Positions 42,431 to 52,890 of a stretch of DNA of 64,000 nt are shown one piece after another. Origin of the DNA: an uncultured Actinomycetota bacterium (GTDB taxonomy: Bacteria; Actinomycetota; Actinomycetes; Mycobacteriales; CADCTP01); the NCBI GenBank assembly GCA_963803135.1, contig CAWDLH010000008.1:432281-496280 (forward strand), written 5' to 3'. The translations under genes were made by a program, and so were the position numbers. Position 1 is the first letter of the stretch; each line of letters opens with the position of its first letter. The notes under the pieces were generated by a model. That model did no database searches, was not told the origin of the DNA, and was given only the letters and a program-made list of their open reading frames with translations.

Positions 42431-43336
42431 ATGAGCCGGCGCGGCTGGATCCTGTTCGCGGCGATGTCGGTGATCTGGGGCGTGCCGTACCTGATGATCA
42501 AGGTGGCGGTCGAGGAGCTGACACCGGCGACGCTGGTGCTGTTCCGGTGCGGGATCGCGACCGTGCTGCTGCTGCCGATCGCGCTGGTCCGGGGCCAGAT
42601 CCGCCCGCTGCTGCCGCGCTGGAAGCCGCTGCTGGCGTACACGGCGGTGGAGATCTGCGGGCCCTGGCTGCTGCTCGGGTTCGCCGAGCAGCGCCTTTCT
42701 AGCTCCCTGACCGGGCTGCTCATCGCCGGGGTGCCGCTGGTCGGCGCGCTGCTGGCCCGCGTCGGCCCGCACGGGGAGCGGCTCGGCGGCCGCCGGCTGG
42801 CCGGGCTGCTGGTCGGGCTGGCCGGGGTAGGCGCGCTGGTCGGCTTCGAGTCCGGCGCCGGCGACGGCCGGGCGATCGTGGCGGTCGCCCTCGCCGTGAT
42901 CGGGTACGCGCTGGGCCCGGCGATCCTCAGCCGCACCCTGTCCGACCTGCCCTCGCTCGGGGTGGTCGCGGCGTCGCTGGCCATCTCGACCGTGGCGTAC
43001 CTGCCGGCCGGGATCGTCCAGGCGCCCGGTGCCTGGCCGTCGGCGCGGGTCACGCTGGCCGTGCTCGGCCTGGCGGTGATCTGCACGGCGGTCGCGTTCC
43101 TGGTGTTCTTCGAGCTCATCGCCGAGGTCGGCCCGGCCCGGTCGACGGTGATCACATACGTGAACCCGGCGGTGGCGGTCCTGCTCGGCGTGCTGATCCT
43201 GGACGAGGTGTTCACCGCGACGACCGCGGTCGGGTTCGTGCTGATCCTGCTCGGCTCGGTGCTCGCGACCTCCCGCAGGGCGCCGGCCGGGCCGGTGGGC
43301 GCGCTGGAGCCGGAGGCCGCGCGGTCCGCCGGTTGA
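42431..43336 (+). CDS. DMT-superfamily (EamA) transporter
   Basis: Ten TM, two EamA halves (WGVPYLMIKVAVEEL...). Confidence 0.9.
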   Translation: MSRRGWILFAAMSVIWGVPYLMIKVAVEELTPATLVLFRCGIATVLLLPIALVRGQIRPLLPRWKPLLAYTAVEICGPWLLLGFAEQRLSSSLTGLLIAGVPLVGALLARVGPHGERLGGRRLAGLLVGLAGVGALVGFESGAGDGRAIVAVALAVIGYALGPAILSRTLSDLPSLGVVAASLAISTVAYLPAGIVQAPGAWPSARVTLAVLGLAVICTAVAFLVFFELIAEVGPARSTVITYVNPAVAVLLGVLILDEVFTATTAVGFVLILLGSVLATSRRAPAGPVGALEPEAARSAG

Positions 43337-43392
43337 CCGCCCGCCGTCCCGCGGTCCGCCGGTTGACCGCCCGCCGTCCCGCGGTCCGCCGG
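43321..43392. repeat. 30-bp tandem repeat GCGGTCCGCCGGTTGACCGCCCGCCGTCCC, 2.4 copies
   Basis: Read directly. The DMT stop (TGA 43334-43336) lies inside the first unit. Confidence 0.9.
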
Positions 43393-43414
43393 CCGACTCC
43401 CGGCTCGCCGCCGG

Positions 43415-44866
43415 TCAGGTCGGCGACGGCGTCGCGCTGGACGGGGAGACGCTGGGCCGGGGGGCCGAGCTGGTGGCGCTCGACGCGGCGGCCGGCGACG
43501 GGGCCGGCTGGGTGGTGCTGGGCGGCGCCGTGCTGCTGGCCGCGCTGCTCGTCGGCGCCGACGAGGTGCCCGGGGCGGCCGAGGAGGTAGCCGGCGCGCC
43601 GGTGCCGGACGCCGAGCCGCTGGGCTCCTGGCTGCCGGCCGGGCTGCTGCCGGCACCGGGCGAGCTGGTCCCCGGCGATGTGGTTCCCGGCGAGCTGGCC
43701 CCGCCCGAGCTGGTGTCCGGCGACGTCGCCCCGGAGGACGCGCCGCCCGGCGAGGTCGTGCCCGAGGACGCGCCGCCCGGCGAGGTCGTGCCGGAGGAGG
43801 CACTACCTGGCGACGTGGTGCCCGGCGAGCTGGCACCCGGCGAGCTGGCACCCGGCGAGGAGGTCCCGGGCGTGCTGGTCCCGGGCGTGCTGGTCCCGGC
43901 CGTGCTGGTCCCGGGCGTGCTGGTCCCGGGCGTGCTGGTCCCCGGCGTCGCCTCGCCCGGCGTGCCGCCGTTCTGCGTCGACCCCGGCCGGGCGTGGCTG
44001 CGTGGCGGGGTGTCCGCCGTCGGCGCCACCGGCGGCGGCGGCGACCCGTCCGGCATCGCGTCTCCGACCGGAGTGACGCCGGTGCCGGGCACCCCGACGG
44101 GCACCGGCGGCAGCGCGGCGGTCGCCGGCCCGGTCGCCACCCGGACCGCCCCGGCGTACCCGCTCAGCCACATCGTGGTGACCTCGACGAACTCGCCCGG
44201 CTGCGGTGCCTGCACGATCTTGCCGTCGCCCAGGTACATCGCGACGTGGTGCACGGTCGACAGGTCGCTCGGGTCGTACGCCCAGAACAGCAGGTCGCCG
44301 GGCAGCAGGTCGGGCAGGTCGACCGCGGTGCCGACCCGCGCCTGCTCCCGGGACGTGCGCGGCAGCGCGACCCCGGCCGTCGCGTACGAGCGCTGCACCA
44401 GCCCCGAGCAGTCGTACGCGTCGGGCCCGGTCGCGCCCCACATGTACGGCTTGCCGACCTGGGCCAGCGCGTACCTGATCGCGACCGACACGGCCTGCGG
44501 AGCGGCCAGCGTGGTGCTGCTGCCGAGCGCGGACGGCGGGACGGCGACCGCGGACGGCGAGCCGGCGGCGGTGGTCCGGGTGACGGCCGAGCTGGCCCGG
44601 GGCCGGGCGGCTGTGGTCCTGCGGTCCTTCTCCCTGCTCAGCAGCAGGTCGAGGGAGCGGCGCTGCTCGGCGGGGTCGCGCACGGTCCAGCCGGGCCAGT
44701 CGAGCCCCGAGCCTTCGGGTTGGGCGGCCAACCGCATGACGGTCGGCGCCGGTCGGTGGTCGGAGGTGGCGGCACCGAGGACCGCCATCGTGCCGACCGA
44801 GATGGCGCCCACCGCGGTCCAGCGGCAGAGCGCGCACCAGCCGGGGAACCCGATGCTGCGCTGCAA
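43415..44866 (-). CDS. Secreted NlpC/P60 cell-wall hydrolase with a long Ser/Thr/Pro/Gly-rich C-terminal tail
   Basis: GKPYMWGATGPDAYDCSGLVQRSY (catalytic Cys), HHVAMYLGDG (His). The tail has (TSTPG)n-type 15-bp repeats at about 43620-43960. TTG start per the track. Confidence 0.85.
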   Translation of the reverse strand: MQRSIGFPGWCALCRWTAVGAISVGTMAVLGAATSDHRPAPTVMRLAAQPEGSGLDWPGWTVRDPAEQRRSLDLLLSREKDRRTTAARPRASSAVTRTTAAGSPSAVAVPPSALGSSTTLAAPQAVSVAIRYALAQVGKPYMWGATGPDAYDCSGLVQRSYATAGVALPRTSREQARVGTAVDLPDLLPGDLLFWAYDPSDLSTVHHVAMYLGDGKIVQAPQPGEFVEVTTMWLSGYAGAVRVATGPATAALPPVPVGVPGTGVTPVGDAMPDGSPPPPVAPTADTPPRSHARPGSTQNGGTPGEATPGTSTPGTSTPGTSTAGTSTPGTSTPGTSSPGASSPGASSPGTTSPGSASSGTTSPGGASSGTTSPGGASSGATSPDTSSGGASSPGTTSPGTSSPGAGSSPAGSQEPSGSASGTGAPATSSAAPGTSSAPTSSAASSTAPPSTTQPAPSPAAASSATSSAPRPSVSPSSATPSPT

Positions 44867-45132
44867 GGGCCTTCCCTCCGTCCGGTCGTCCCCATGATCC
44901 TGCCTGACATTCCCAGGGATGGCACGGGTGCCGTCAACGCATGGTTCGAAAGGACTACGTTCGCATGACCATTGCCGCCGGGGGGTGAAATCCCCGTCAG
45001 GCTCGCACCGCGGCCGCCAGCTCCCGGTGCCGGGCCAGCCGGTGGTCGAGGTGCCAGCGTTGCTTGACAGACCACGAGGAGCGGCTGCTGCGATAGTGCG
45101 CCTACCCCACCTATCGAGGGAGCCGACCGCAC

Positions 45133-45977
45133 ATGGGAGCCGTGTCCGTCATCGCCCGACCCTCAAGTCTCCAGGACGCGTTCGACGCGCTGGACGCCCT
45201 CCCGAACGCGCACCTGCTCGCCGGTGGCACCGACTTCATGGTGGAGGTCAACTTCGGACACCGCCGGCCGCCGGCGGTCGTCGCCATCCGCCGGGTGCCG
45301 CAGCTGCACGGCTACGAGATCCGGGCCGACGAGGTCGACATCGGTGCCGCGGTCACCTGGACGACCATCGAGCGCGAGCTCGCGGACGAGCTGCCGGCGC
45401 TGGCGGCGGCGGCCCGTACCGTCGGATCGCCGCAGATGCGCAACGCCGCCACGATCGGCGGCAACATCGCCACCGCGAGCCCCGCCGGCGACGGACTGCC
45501 GGTGCTGCTGGCCGCCGACGCCTCGCTGGTGCTGGCCAGCCGGCACGGGGAGCGCACGGTGCCGGTCGCCGACTTCGTCACGGGCGTCAAGCGCACGATC
45601 CTGCAGCCTGGCGAGATCATCACCAGGGTGCGGGTGCCGCGGCTGACCGGACCGCAGGAGTTCCTCAAGGTCGGCACCCGCAACGCGATGGTGATCTCGA
45701 TCTGCTGCGCGGCACTGCTGGTCGACCGGCTCGGTCGCACCGTACGGATCGGGCTCGGCTCGGTCGCGCCGACGCCGGTCCGAGCCCCGGACGCGGAGTC
45801 CTACATCGCCGCGCAGATCGACTGGGACGCGCTCTCGGCGCCGGCGGAGTCGGTGGCCCGCTTCGGCGAGCTCGTGCGGGACGCGGTGCGGCCGATCACC
45901 GACCACCGCGGCACCGCGGCCTACCGTTCTCGTGCGGTGCAGGTCATCGCCGCCCGCGCGCTGGAGAGGAGCCTGGC

Positions 45978-45981
<4 letters not shown>
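45133..45981 (+). CDS. Xanthine dehydrogenase family, FAD-binding subunit
   Basis: LLAGGTDFMVEVN..., RNAATIGGNIATASPAGD..., CO-dehydrogenase flavoprotein C-terminal region. Confidence 0.9.
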
Positions 45982-46563
<582 letters not shown>

Positions 46564-46577
<14 letters not shown>

Positions 46578-48882
46578 CATGCCGGCCACCTTCACCCGCC
46601 GGCGCCGGACGCCGGGCCTCGGCGAGAGCGTGCTGCGGCCCGACGCGCCGCCCAAGGTCAGGGGCGAGTTCGCGTTCTCCTCCGACCTCTACGTCGACGG
46701 CATGGTCTGGGGCAAGACGGTCCGCAGCCCGTACCCGTACGCGCGCATCGTCAGGATCGACATCACCGGTGCGCTGGCCATGCCCGGGGTGCACGCCGTC
46801 GTGACCCAGGACGACCTGTGGGGCTCCCGCACCTACGGCCTGGAGCACCACGACCAGCCCGTGTTCGCCGACGGCATGGTGCGCTTCCACGGCGAGCCGA
46901 TCGCCGCGGTGGCCGCCGACCACCCCGAGCTCGCCGCCCGCGCCTGCGCGGCCGTCAAGGTCGAGTACGAGGTGCTCGAGCCGCTGGTGGACGCCGAGGC
47001 GGCGATCACGGCGCCGCCGATCCATCCCGACGGCAACGTGTTCCGGCACATCCGGCTACGGCACGGCGATCCGGAGGCGACCGGCGACGTGGTCGTCGAG
47101 GGCACGTACGAGGTGGGCATGCAGGACCAGGCCTTCCTCGGCCCGGAGTCGGGGCTGGCCGTGCCGAGCGAGGACGGCGGGGTCGAGCTGTTCGTGGCGA
47201 CCCAGTGGCTGCACGTCGACCGCGACCAGATCGCCGCCTGTCTCAACCTGCCCCGGGAGAAGGTCCGGCTCTCCCTCGCCGGCACCGGCGGCGCCTTCGG
47301 CGGGCGCGAGGACCTGTCCATGCAGATCCACGCCTGCCTGCTCGCCCTCGTCACCCGGCGGCCGGTGAAGATGGTCTACTCCCGCGAGGAGTCCTTCTTC
47401 GGCCACGTCCACCGGCACCCGGCGACGCTCTGGTACCGACACCACGCCCGGCGCGACGGCACGCTGGTCAACGTCGAGTCCCGGATGGTCTTCGACGGCG
47501 GCGCCTACACGTCGTCGAGCACCGCGGTCATCGCCAACGCGACCTGCTTCGCCGCCGGGCCGTACACCGTCCCGAACGCGAAGGTGGACGGCTATGCGGT
47601 ACGGACGAACAACCCGCCCTGCGGCGCGATGCGCGGCTTCGGTGCGGTGCAGACCTCGTTCGCCGCCGAGGCGCAGATGGACAAGCTCGCCGCCGCCCTC
47701 GGGATGGACCCGGTCGAGCTGCGTCTGCGCAACGCGCTGAAGACCCACGACCAGCTGCTCACCGGGCAGGTCATCACCGGCGTCGCGCCGGTCGAGGAAT
47801 GCATCCGGGCCTGCCAGGAGCTGCCGCTGCCGCCCGCCGCGGACCCGGGCGCCGACCTGATGACGCTGCCGGGCGGGGCCGGCCGGACCGCGCTGTCGCA
47901 CAACGTCCGGCGCGGCACCGGCTTCGCGGTCGGGTTCAAGAACCTCGCCTTCTCCGAAGGGTTCGACGACTACTCCACCGCCCGGGTCCGGCTCGAGCTC
48001 GGCGCCGACGGCGAGCCGGTGGCCATCGTCCACGTCGCCACCGCCGAGGTCGGCCAGGGCTTCGTGACGCTCGCCCAGCAGATAGCCAGGGCCGAGCTCG
48101 GGGTCAGCTCGATCGTGCTGCACCCGGCCGACACCCAGGTCGGCTCGGCCGGCTCCACCAGCGCGTCGCGCCAGACGATGGTCAGCGGCGGCGCGGTGCA
48201 GATGGCCTGCGCCGGGGTCCGCGAGGTCGTCCTCGAGCGGGCCGCCCTCGACCTGCACCTGGCCCCGGCCGACATGCTGCTCGGCGACGGCGAGGTGACC
48301 ACCAAGGACGGCGCGCGCAGCGTGTCGCTGGCCGATGCCCTGCGGGCCGGCCCGGTCGAGGCGTACCGGGAGTTCCACCACGCGCCGACCGATCCGCTCG
48401 ACGAGGACGGGCAGGGCAACGCGCACTGGTCGTTCGCCTTCGCCGCGCACCGGGCCGTCGTCGACGTGGACGAGGAGCTCGGGCTGGTCCGGGTGGTGCA
48501 GATCGCCACCGCCCAGGACATCGGAAAGGCGCTGAACCCGCTCGCCGTCACCGGCCAGATCGAGGGTGGCATCGCGCAGGGTCTCGGGCTGGCGGTGATG
48601 GAGGAGATCGTCGTCGCGGACGGCCGGATCCGGAATCCCTCGTTCACCGACTACCTGATTCCGACTCCGCTGGACATGCCGCCGGTGGTCCAGACGTGGA
48701 TCGAGCAGCCCGAGCGCGGTGCCCCCTACGGCGCCAAGGGCGTGGGTGAGCCGCCGACGATCTCCTCCACCGGCGCGATCGTGGCGGCGATCCGAGCGGC
48801 GACCGGCCGCCCGCTCGACCGCATCCCCGTCCGGCCGGACGACATCGCACTGCCCGATCCGGCCGGGGCCGGATCGGCATGA
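46564..48882 (+). CDS. Xanthine dehydrogenase family, molybdopterin-binding large subunit
   Basis: 772 aa. KVRGEFAFSSDL..., GGAFGGRED, CGAMRGFG, GVGEPP. Confidence 0.9.
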
Positions 48883-48916
48883 GCGGGGGACATCGAGCCG
48901 AGCGCGGGGGCCGGGC

Positions 48917-50224
48917 ATGAGCCGCACCGTCCTGCGCGGCGCCCGCTGGCCGGGTGACGTCGCCTTCTCCGGCGGTCGGATCACCGCCGTCGGCCGCGTT
49001 CCGCCGCAGGACGGCGACACGGTGGTGGACTGCGACGGCGACATCCTCACCGCGGGCCTGGTCAACACCCACCACCACTTCTACCAGTGGATGACCCGCG
49101 GCTGGGCGTACGACAGCGACCTGTTCGGCTGGCTGACCACGCTGTACCCGGTGTGGGCCCGGCTGACGCCGGAGGACGTGGAGGCCGCCGCCGCCGTGGC
49201 GCTGGGTGAGCTCGCCCTGACCGGCTGCACCACCGCGGCGGACCACCACTACCTGGTGCCCGGCGGCGACGACTCGGTCTTCGACGCCATCGCCAGGGCT
49301 GCGCGAAGCATCGGCGTCCGGACGCACATCGCCCGCGGCTCGATGGACCTCGGCGAGAGCGCCGGCGGCCTGCCGCCGGACTCGGTGGTCGAGGACCGGG
49401 ACGCGATCCTGGCCTCCACGCAGGCGGTCTACGACCGGCTGCACGACGGCGACCGCATCGTGGTCACGGTGGCGCCGTGCAGTCCGTTCAGCGTGACCAG
49501 CGGTCTGATGACCGAGTCCGCCGAACTGGCCAGGCGACTGGGCGTACGGCTGCACACGCACCTGGCGGAGACCCTCGACGAGGAACGGTCCTGCCTGCGG
49601 CGATTCGGCAAGCGACCAGTGGCCGTGCTCGACGACCTTGGCTGGATCGCACCGGACGTCTGGGTGGCCCACGGCATCCACTTCGACGACGCCGAGGTGG
49701 CCAGGCTGGGGGCGGCCCGTACCGGCGTCGCGCACTGCCCATCGAGCAACTGCCGACTGGGCGCGGGCATCTGCCGGACCACCGACCTGGTCGCCGCCGG
49801 CGCACCGGTCGGCCTCGGAGTGGACGGGGCCGCGTCCAACGAGACCGGCGGGCTGCTTCCGGAACTGCGGATGGCGCTGTTCCTCGCCCGTCAACGCAGC
49901 CTGGACCCGACCGCGTTCGGGCCGGCGGACGCGCTGCGGCTCGCGACCGAGGGCGGCGCCCGCTGCCTCGGCCGGGACGACGTGGGGCGGCTGGAGCCCG
50001 GGCTGCGGGCCGACGTCGTCGTGTGGCCCGGCGAGGACCTCGCCGACGTGCTGGATCCGCTCGCCGGCCTCGTGCTCGGTCCGGGGCGCACCGCGCGGCA
50101 CGTCTTCGTCGAGGGTGACTACGTCGTGCGCGACGGTGTGCTCGTCGGCGCCGACATCGTGACACTGCGCGCCGAGCTCGCCCGGCGGGTCCGGCGACTG
50201 TGGCCTGAGCGGGCGCCGGCGTGA
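48917..50224 (+). CDS. Amidohydrolase of the 8-oxoguanine / guanine deaminase type
   Basis: GLVNTHHHFYQ, HTHLAET, VAHGIH, GLGVDGAASN metal and active-site motifs. Purine-cluster context. Confidence 0.8.
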   Translation: MSRTVLRGARWPGDVAFSGGRITAVGRVPPQDGDTVVDCDGDILTAGLVNTHHHFYQWMTRGWAYDSDLFGWLTTLYPVWARLTPEDVEAAAAVALGELALTGCTTAADHHYLVPGGDDSVFDAIARAARSIGVRTHIARGSMDLGESAGGLPPDSVVEDRDAILASTQAVYDRLHDGDRIVVTVAPCSPFSVTSGLMTESAELARRLGVRLHTHLAETLDEERSCLRRFGKRPVAVLDDLGWIAPDVWVAHGIHFDDAEVARLGAARTGVAHCPSSNCRLGAGICRTTDLVAAGAPVGLGVDGAASNETGGLLPELRMALFLARQRSLDPTAFGPADALRLATEGGARCLGRDDVGRLEPGLRADVVVWPGEDLADVLDPLAGLVLGPGRTARHVFVEGDYVVRDGVLVGADIVTLRAELARRVRRLWPERAPA

Positions 50225-50278
50225 GCGCATCAGCGCCTCGTGACCTCCTCGGGGCTCGTCCTGGCTCAGCCCAGGCCG

Positions 50279-51436
50279 TCACACCGCCGGCGGGCCGTCG
50301 AGGAGCCGGGCGGCGGCCGCCGGCAGCGGGCCGGCGCCGAGCGTGGGCCGGGCGGCGAGGACGCCCGTCGCGTCGACGGGCTCCATCCCGGCCGCGGTCA
50401 GCACGGCGGCGGCCTGGGCCTCGGGCAGCGCGTCGAACCAGGTGCGGCCGAGCCGGGAGCGCCCGGCCGGGGACAGCCGCCCCCAGAGCCGCAGCCGGGC
50501 CAGCCCGCCGTCCGGGTACGCGTCCAGCCGCACGTCGGTGACCTCGGGTCCACCCGGCAGCACGACGCGGTGCCGGGTGTCCGGCAGCAGCCGGCCGCGT
50601 GGCAGCAGCTCGACCCAGGCGGCCGGGTCGGCCGGGTCGGCCCCGGCCGGCAGCCCGGCCAGCCGGGCCGAGTCGGGTGCGTTGCCGAGGAACCAGCTGG
50701 TGTCCAGCTCGGCCAGCGTGACCACGCCGGCCCCGGCCAGCCGCACGACCACCCATTCGTTGCCCGGCTGCCGCCGCCGCGCGGTCTCCCAGCCCTCGCC
50801 CATCGACCGGGCCAGCCCGGGGGAGATCAGCTGCGCCGGCTTCGAGTAGAACGCGTTGCTGCAGCCGGTCACCAGCGCCCCGTTCTCCAGCGCGGCCAGG
50901 TCGACCGGCCCGGCGTCCAGCGGCCGCGGGTCCGCGACCGGGGTCCCGTGCACCCGCAGCCGGGCCACCCCGCCGTCCGGGTGGATCGTGAGCCGCACAT
51001 GGGTGACCCGCCGGGCCGAGTCGACCGGGAACGCGTTGCGGGCGTCACCGTCCAGTCCGGACACCGGCAGCAGTGGCTCCCAGTCCATCGTGGACAGCTC
51101 GGCGGCGGTGGGATATCCCTCGACGCCGATGCCGTCCAGCGAGGCCGCGGTCGGGTAGTTGCCGGTGAAGAAGCTGGTGTCGACGACGACGCCGCGGACG
51201 ATGCCGGGCACGCCGAGGCGGACGACCACCCAGTCCTCACCCGGCGCCCGGCGGCGCCGGGTCTCCCAACCGTCGTACACCTTGCCCTTGTGGCCGAACT
51301 CGTCGTGCCGCATCGGCTCGCGCGGCAGCAGCAGGTTCTCCGCCTCGGCGAAGAACGCGTCGTTGCAGGCCAGCACCGCACCGCCGAGCGCCCGCGACGC
51401 CAGGTCGGGCAGCGCGCCGAAGTCGGGCCCCGTCAC
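50279..51436 (-). CDS. alc: Allantoicase with a ~65-aa C-terminal extension
   Basis: Two allantoicase repeats (DGWETRRRR..., EGWETARRR..., ending ARLRLWG). GTGA overlap with allantoinase. Confidence 0.9.
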   Translation of the reverse strand: MTGPDFGALPDLASRALGGAVLACNDAFFAEAENLLLPREPMRHDEFGHKGKVYDGWETRRRRAPGEDWVVVRLGVPGIVRGVVVDTSFFTGNYPTAASLDGIGVEGYPTAAELSTMDWEPLLPVSGLDGDARNAFPVDSARRVTHVRLTIHPDGGVARLRVHGTPVADPRPLDAGPVDLAALENGALVTGCSNAFYSKPAQLISPGLARSMGEGWETARRRQPGNEWVVVRLAGAGVVTLAELDTSWFLGNAPDSARLAGLPAGADPADPAAWVELLPRGRLLPDTRHRVVLPGGPEVTDVRLDAYPDGGLARLRLWGRLSPAGRSRLGRTWFDALPEAQAAAVLTAAGMEPVDATGVLAARPTLGAGPLPAAAARLLDGPPAV

Positions 51437-52890
51437 TGCGTCCACTCCCCGGACAGATCGGCGGGCGCGGGCGCCGACCGGTCGACCCTCGACGCTTCCC
51501 GGGCGCCCGGCGGGCTCCCGGGCTCGCCGCCGCTGGGCAGCAGCCGCCCGCGGGGCGGGCCGGCGGCGACCGGCCGGCCCCGCAGCCAGGTGGTGCGGAC
51601 GGTGCCGCGCAGCGTGCGCCCGGCGTACGGGCCGACCGGGTTGCGATGCTGCAGGCGGTGCAGGTCCACGCGAAACTCCTCGTCCGGGGCGAACGCGACC
51701 AGGTCCGCGTCGTACCCGGGCGCGATCGAGCCCTTCGACCGCAGCCCGGCCAGCGCGGCCGGCCGCTCCGCCATCCACAGTGCGACGTCCACCAGCGACA
51801 GTCCACGCGCGACGGCCGCCGTCCACACCACCGGCAAGGACAGCTGGAGCGAGGAGATCCCGCCCCAGGCGGCCGCGAAATCGCCGGTGTCGAGCCGCTT
51901 GAGCTCGGCCGGGCAGGGCGAGTGGTCGGACACCACGCAGGACAGGATGCCGTCGACCAGCCCGGCCCAGAGCGCGTCCCGGTTGGCCGCGCCCCTGATC
52001 GGCGGGCAGCACTTGAACTGGGTCGCCCCGGCCGGCACCTCCTCGGCGGCCAGTGCCAGGTAGTGCGGACAGGTCTCGGCGGTGATCCGCACCCCGCCGG
52101 CGGCCGCGTCCCGCAGCAGCGGCAGCACCTCGGCGGCGGAGACGTGCACCACGTGCACCCGGGCGCCGGTCTCCCGGGCCGCCTCGATCAGCCCGGCGAC
52201 CGCCCGGATCTCCGCCTCCGGCGGCCGGGAGGCGAGGAACCCGGCGTAGTCCCGGCCGGGCGGGCTCGGCCGCACCGTCGCCGGGTCCTCGCAGTGCGCG
52301 ATCAGCAGTCCGTCCACAGTGGACAGCTCGGCCAGCGCCGCGCGCAGCCGGGCCGGGTCCAGTGGCGGGAACTCGGGCACGCCCGAGTCGAGCAGGAAGC
52401 ACTTCACGCCGTACGCGCCGGCGTCGAGCAGCGCGGCCAGCCGGCCGAGGTTGCCGGGCACGGCGCCGCCCCAGAAGCCGACGTCGACGTGCACCCGGCC
52501 GGCCGCGGCGGCCCGCTTCACCGCGAGCGCGTCGGGGCCGACGGTCGGCGGCAGGCTGTTCAGCGGCATGTCCAGGATCGTGGTGATCCCGCCGGCGGCG
52601 GCCGCCGCGGTCGCGGTGGCGAAGCCCTCCCACTCGGTCCGGCCCGGCTCGTTCACGTGCACGTGCGTGTCGACCAGCCCGGGCAGCAGCACGGCGTCGT
52701 CCGGCAGCGTCACCGTCTCGGCCGCGGTCGCCGGCTCGGCCCAGGGCAGCACGGCCGCGATCCGTCCGGCGCGGATCCCCACCCGCGCAGGTCGGACGTC
52801 CCCGCCGGTCACCACCCGCCGCGCCGCGACCACGAGGTCGAGCCCGTCGTCGGGCGGCCCGGGCCGCTGGGGCGGGGTGGGCTGCGTCAC
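51433..52890 (-). CDS. allB: Allantoinase
   Basis: GLVDTHVHVNEPGRTEWEG, GVKCFL (carboxylated Lys), VHVVHVS, VVSDHSP. GTGA overlap with the upstream gene. Confidence 0.92.
   Translation of the reverse strand: MTQPTPPQRPGPPDDGLDLVVAARRVVTGGDVRPARVGIRAGRIAAVLPWAEPATAAETVTLPDDAVLLPGLVDTHVHVNEPGRTEWEGFATATAAAAAGGITTILDMPLNSLPPTVGPDALAVKRAAAAGRVHVDVGFWGGAVPGNLGRLAALLDAGAYGVKCFLLDSGVPEFPPLDPARLRAALAELSTVDGLLIAHCEDPATVRPSPPGRDYAGFLASRPPEAEIRAVAGLIEAARETGARVHVVHVSAAEVLPLLRDAAAGGVRITAETCPHYLALAAEEVPAGATQFKCCPPIRGAANRDALWAGLVDGILSCVVSDHSPCPAELKRLDTGDFAAAWGGISSLQLSLPVVWTAAVARGLSLVDVALWMAERPAALAGLRSKGSIAPGYDADLVAFAPDEEFRVDLHRLQHRNPVGPYAGRTLRGTVRTTWLRGRPVAAGPPRGRLLPSGGEPGSPPGAREASRVDRSAPAPADLSGEWTQ

Noticed and set aside
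44935-44960. tRNA-like GGTTCGAA element; also TTTCGAA at about 28600
   Set aside because: There is no flanking acceptor or anticodon arm complementarity, and the T-arm stem is absent. I found no tRNA or rRNA in the window.
45061-45095. Sigma-70-type promoter for the xdh operon (TTGACA at about 45061)
   Set aside because: No acceptable -10 hexamer lies at 16-19 nt spacing (the nearest TA-containing hexamers are 21-22 nt away). It is therefore not reported as a feature.
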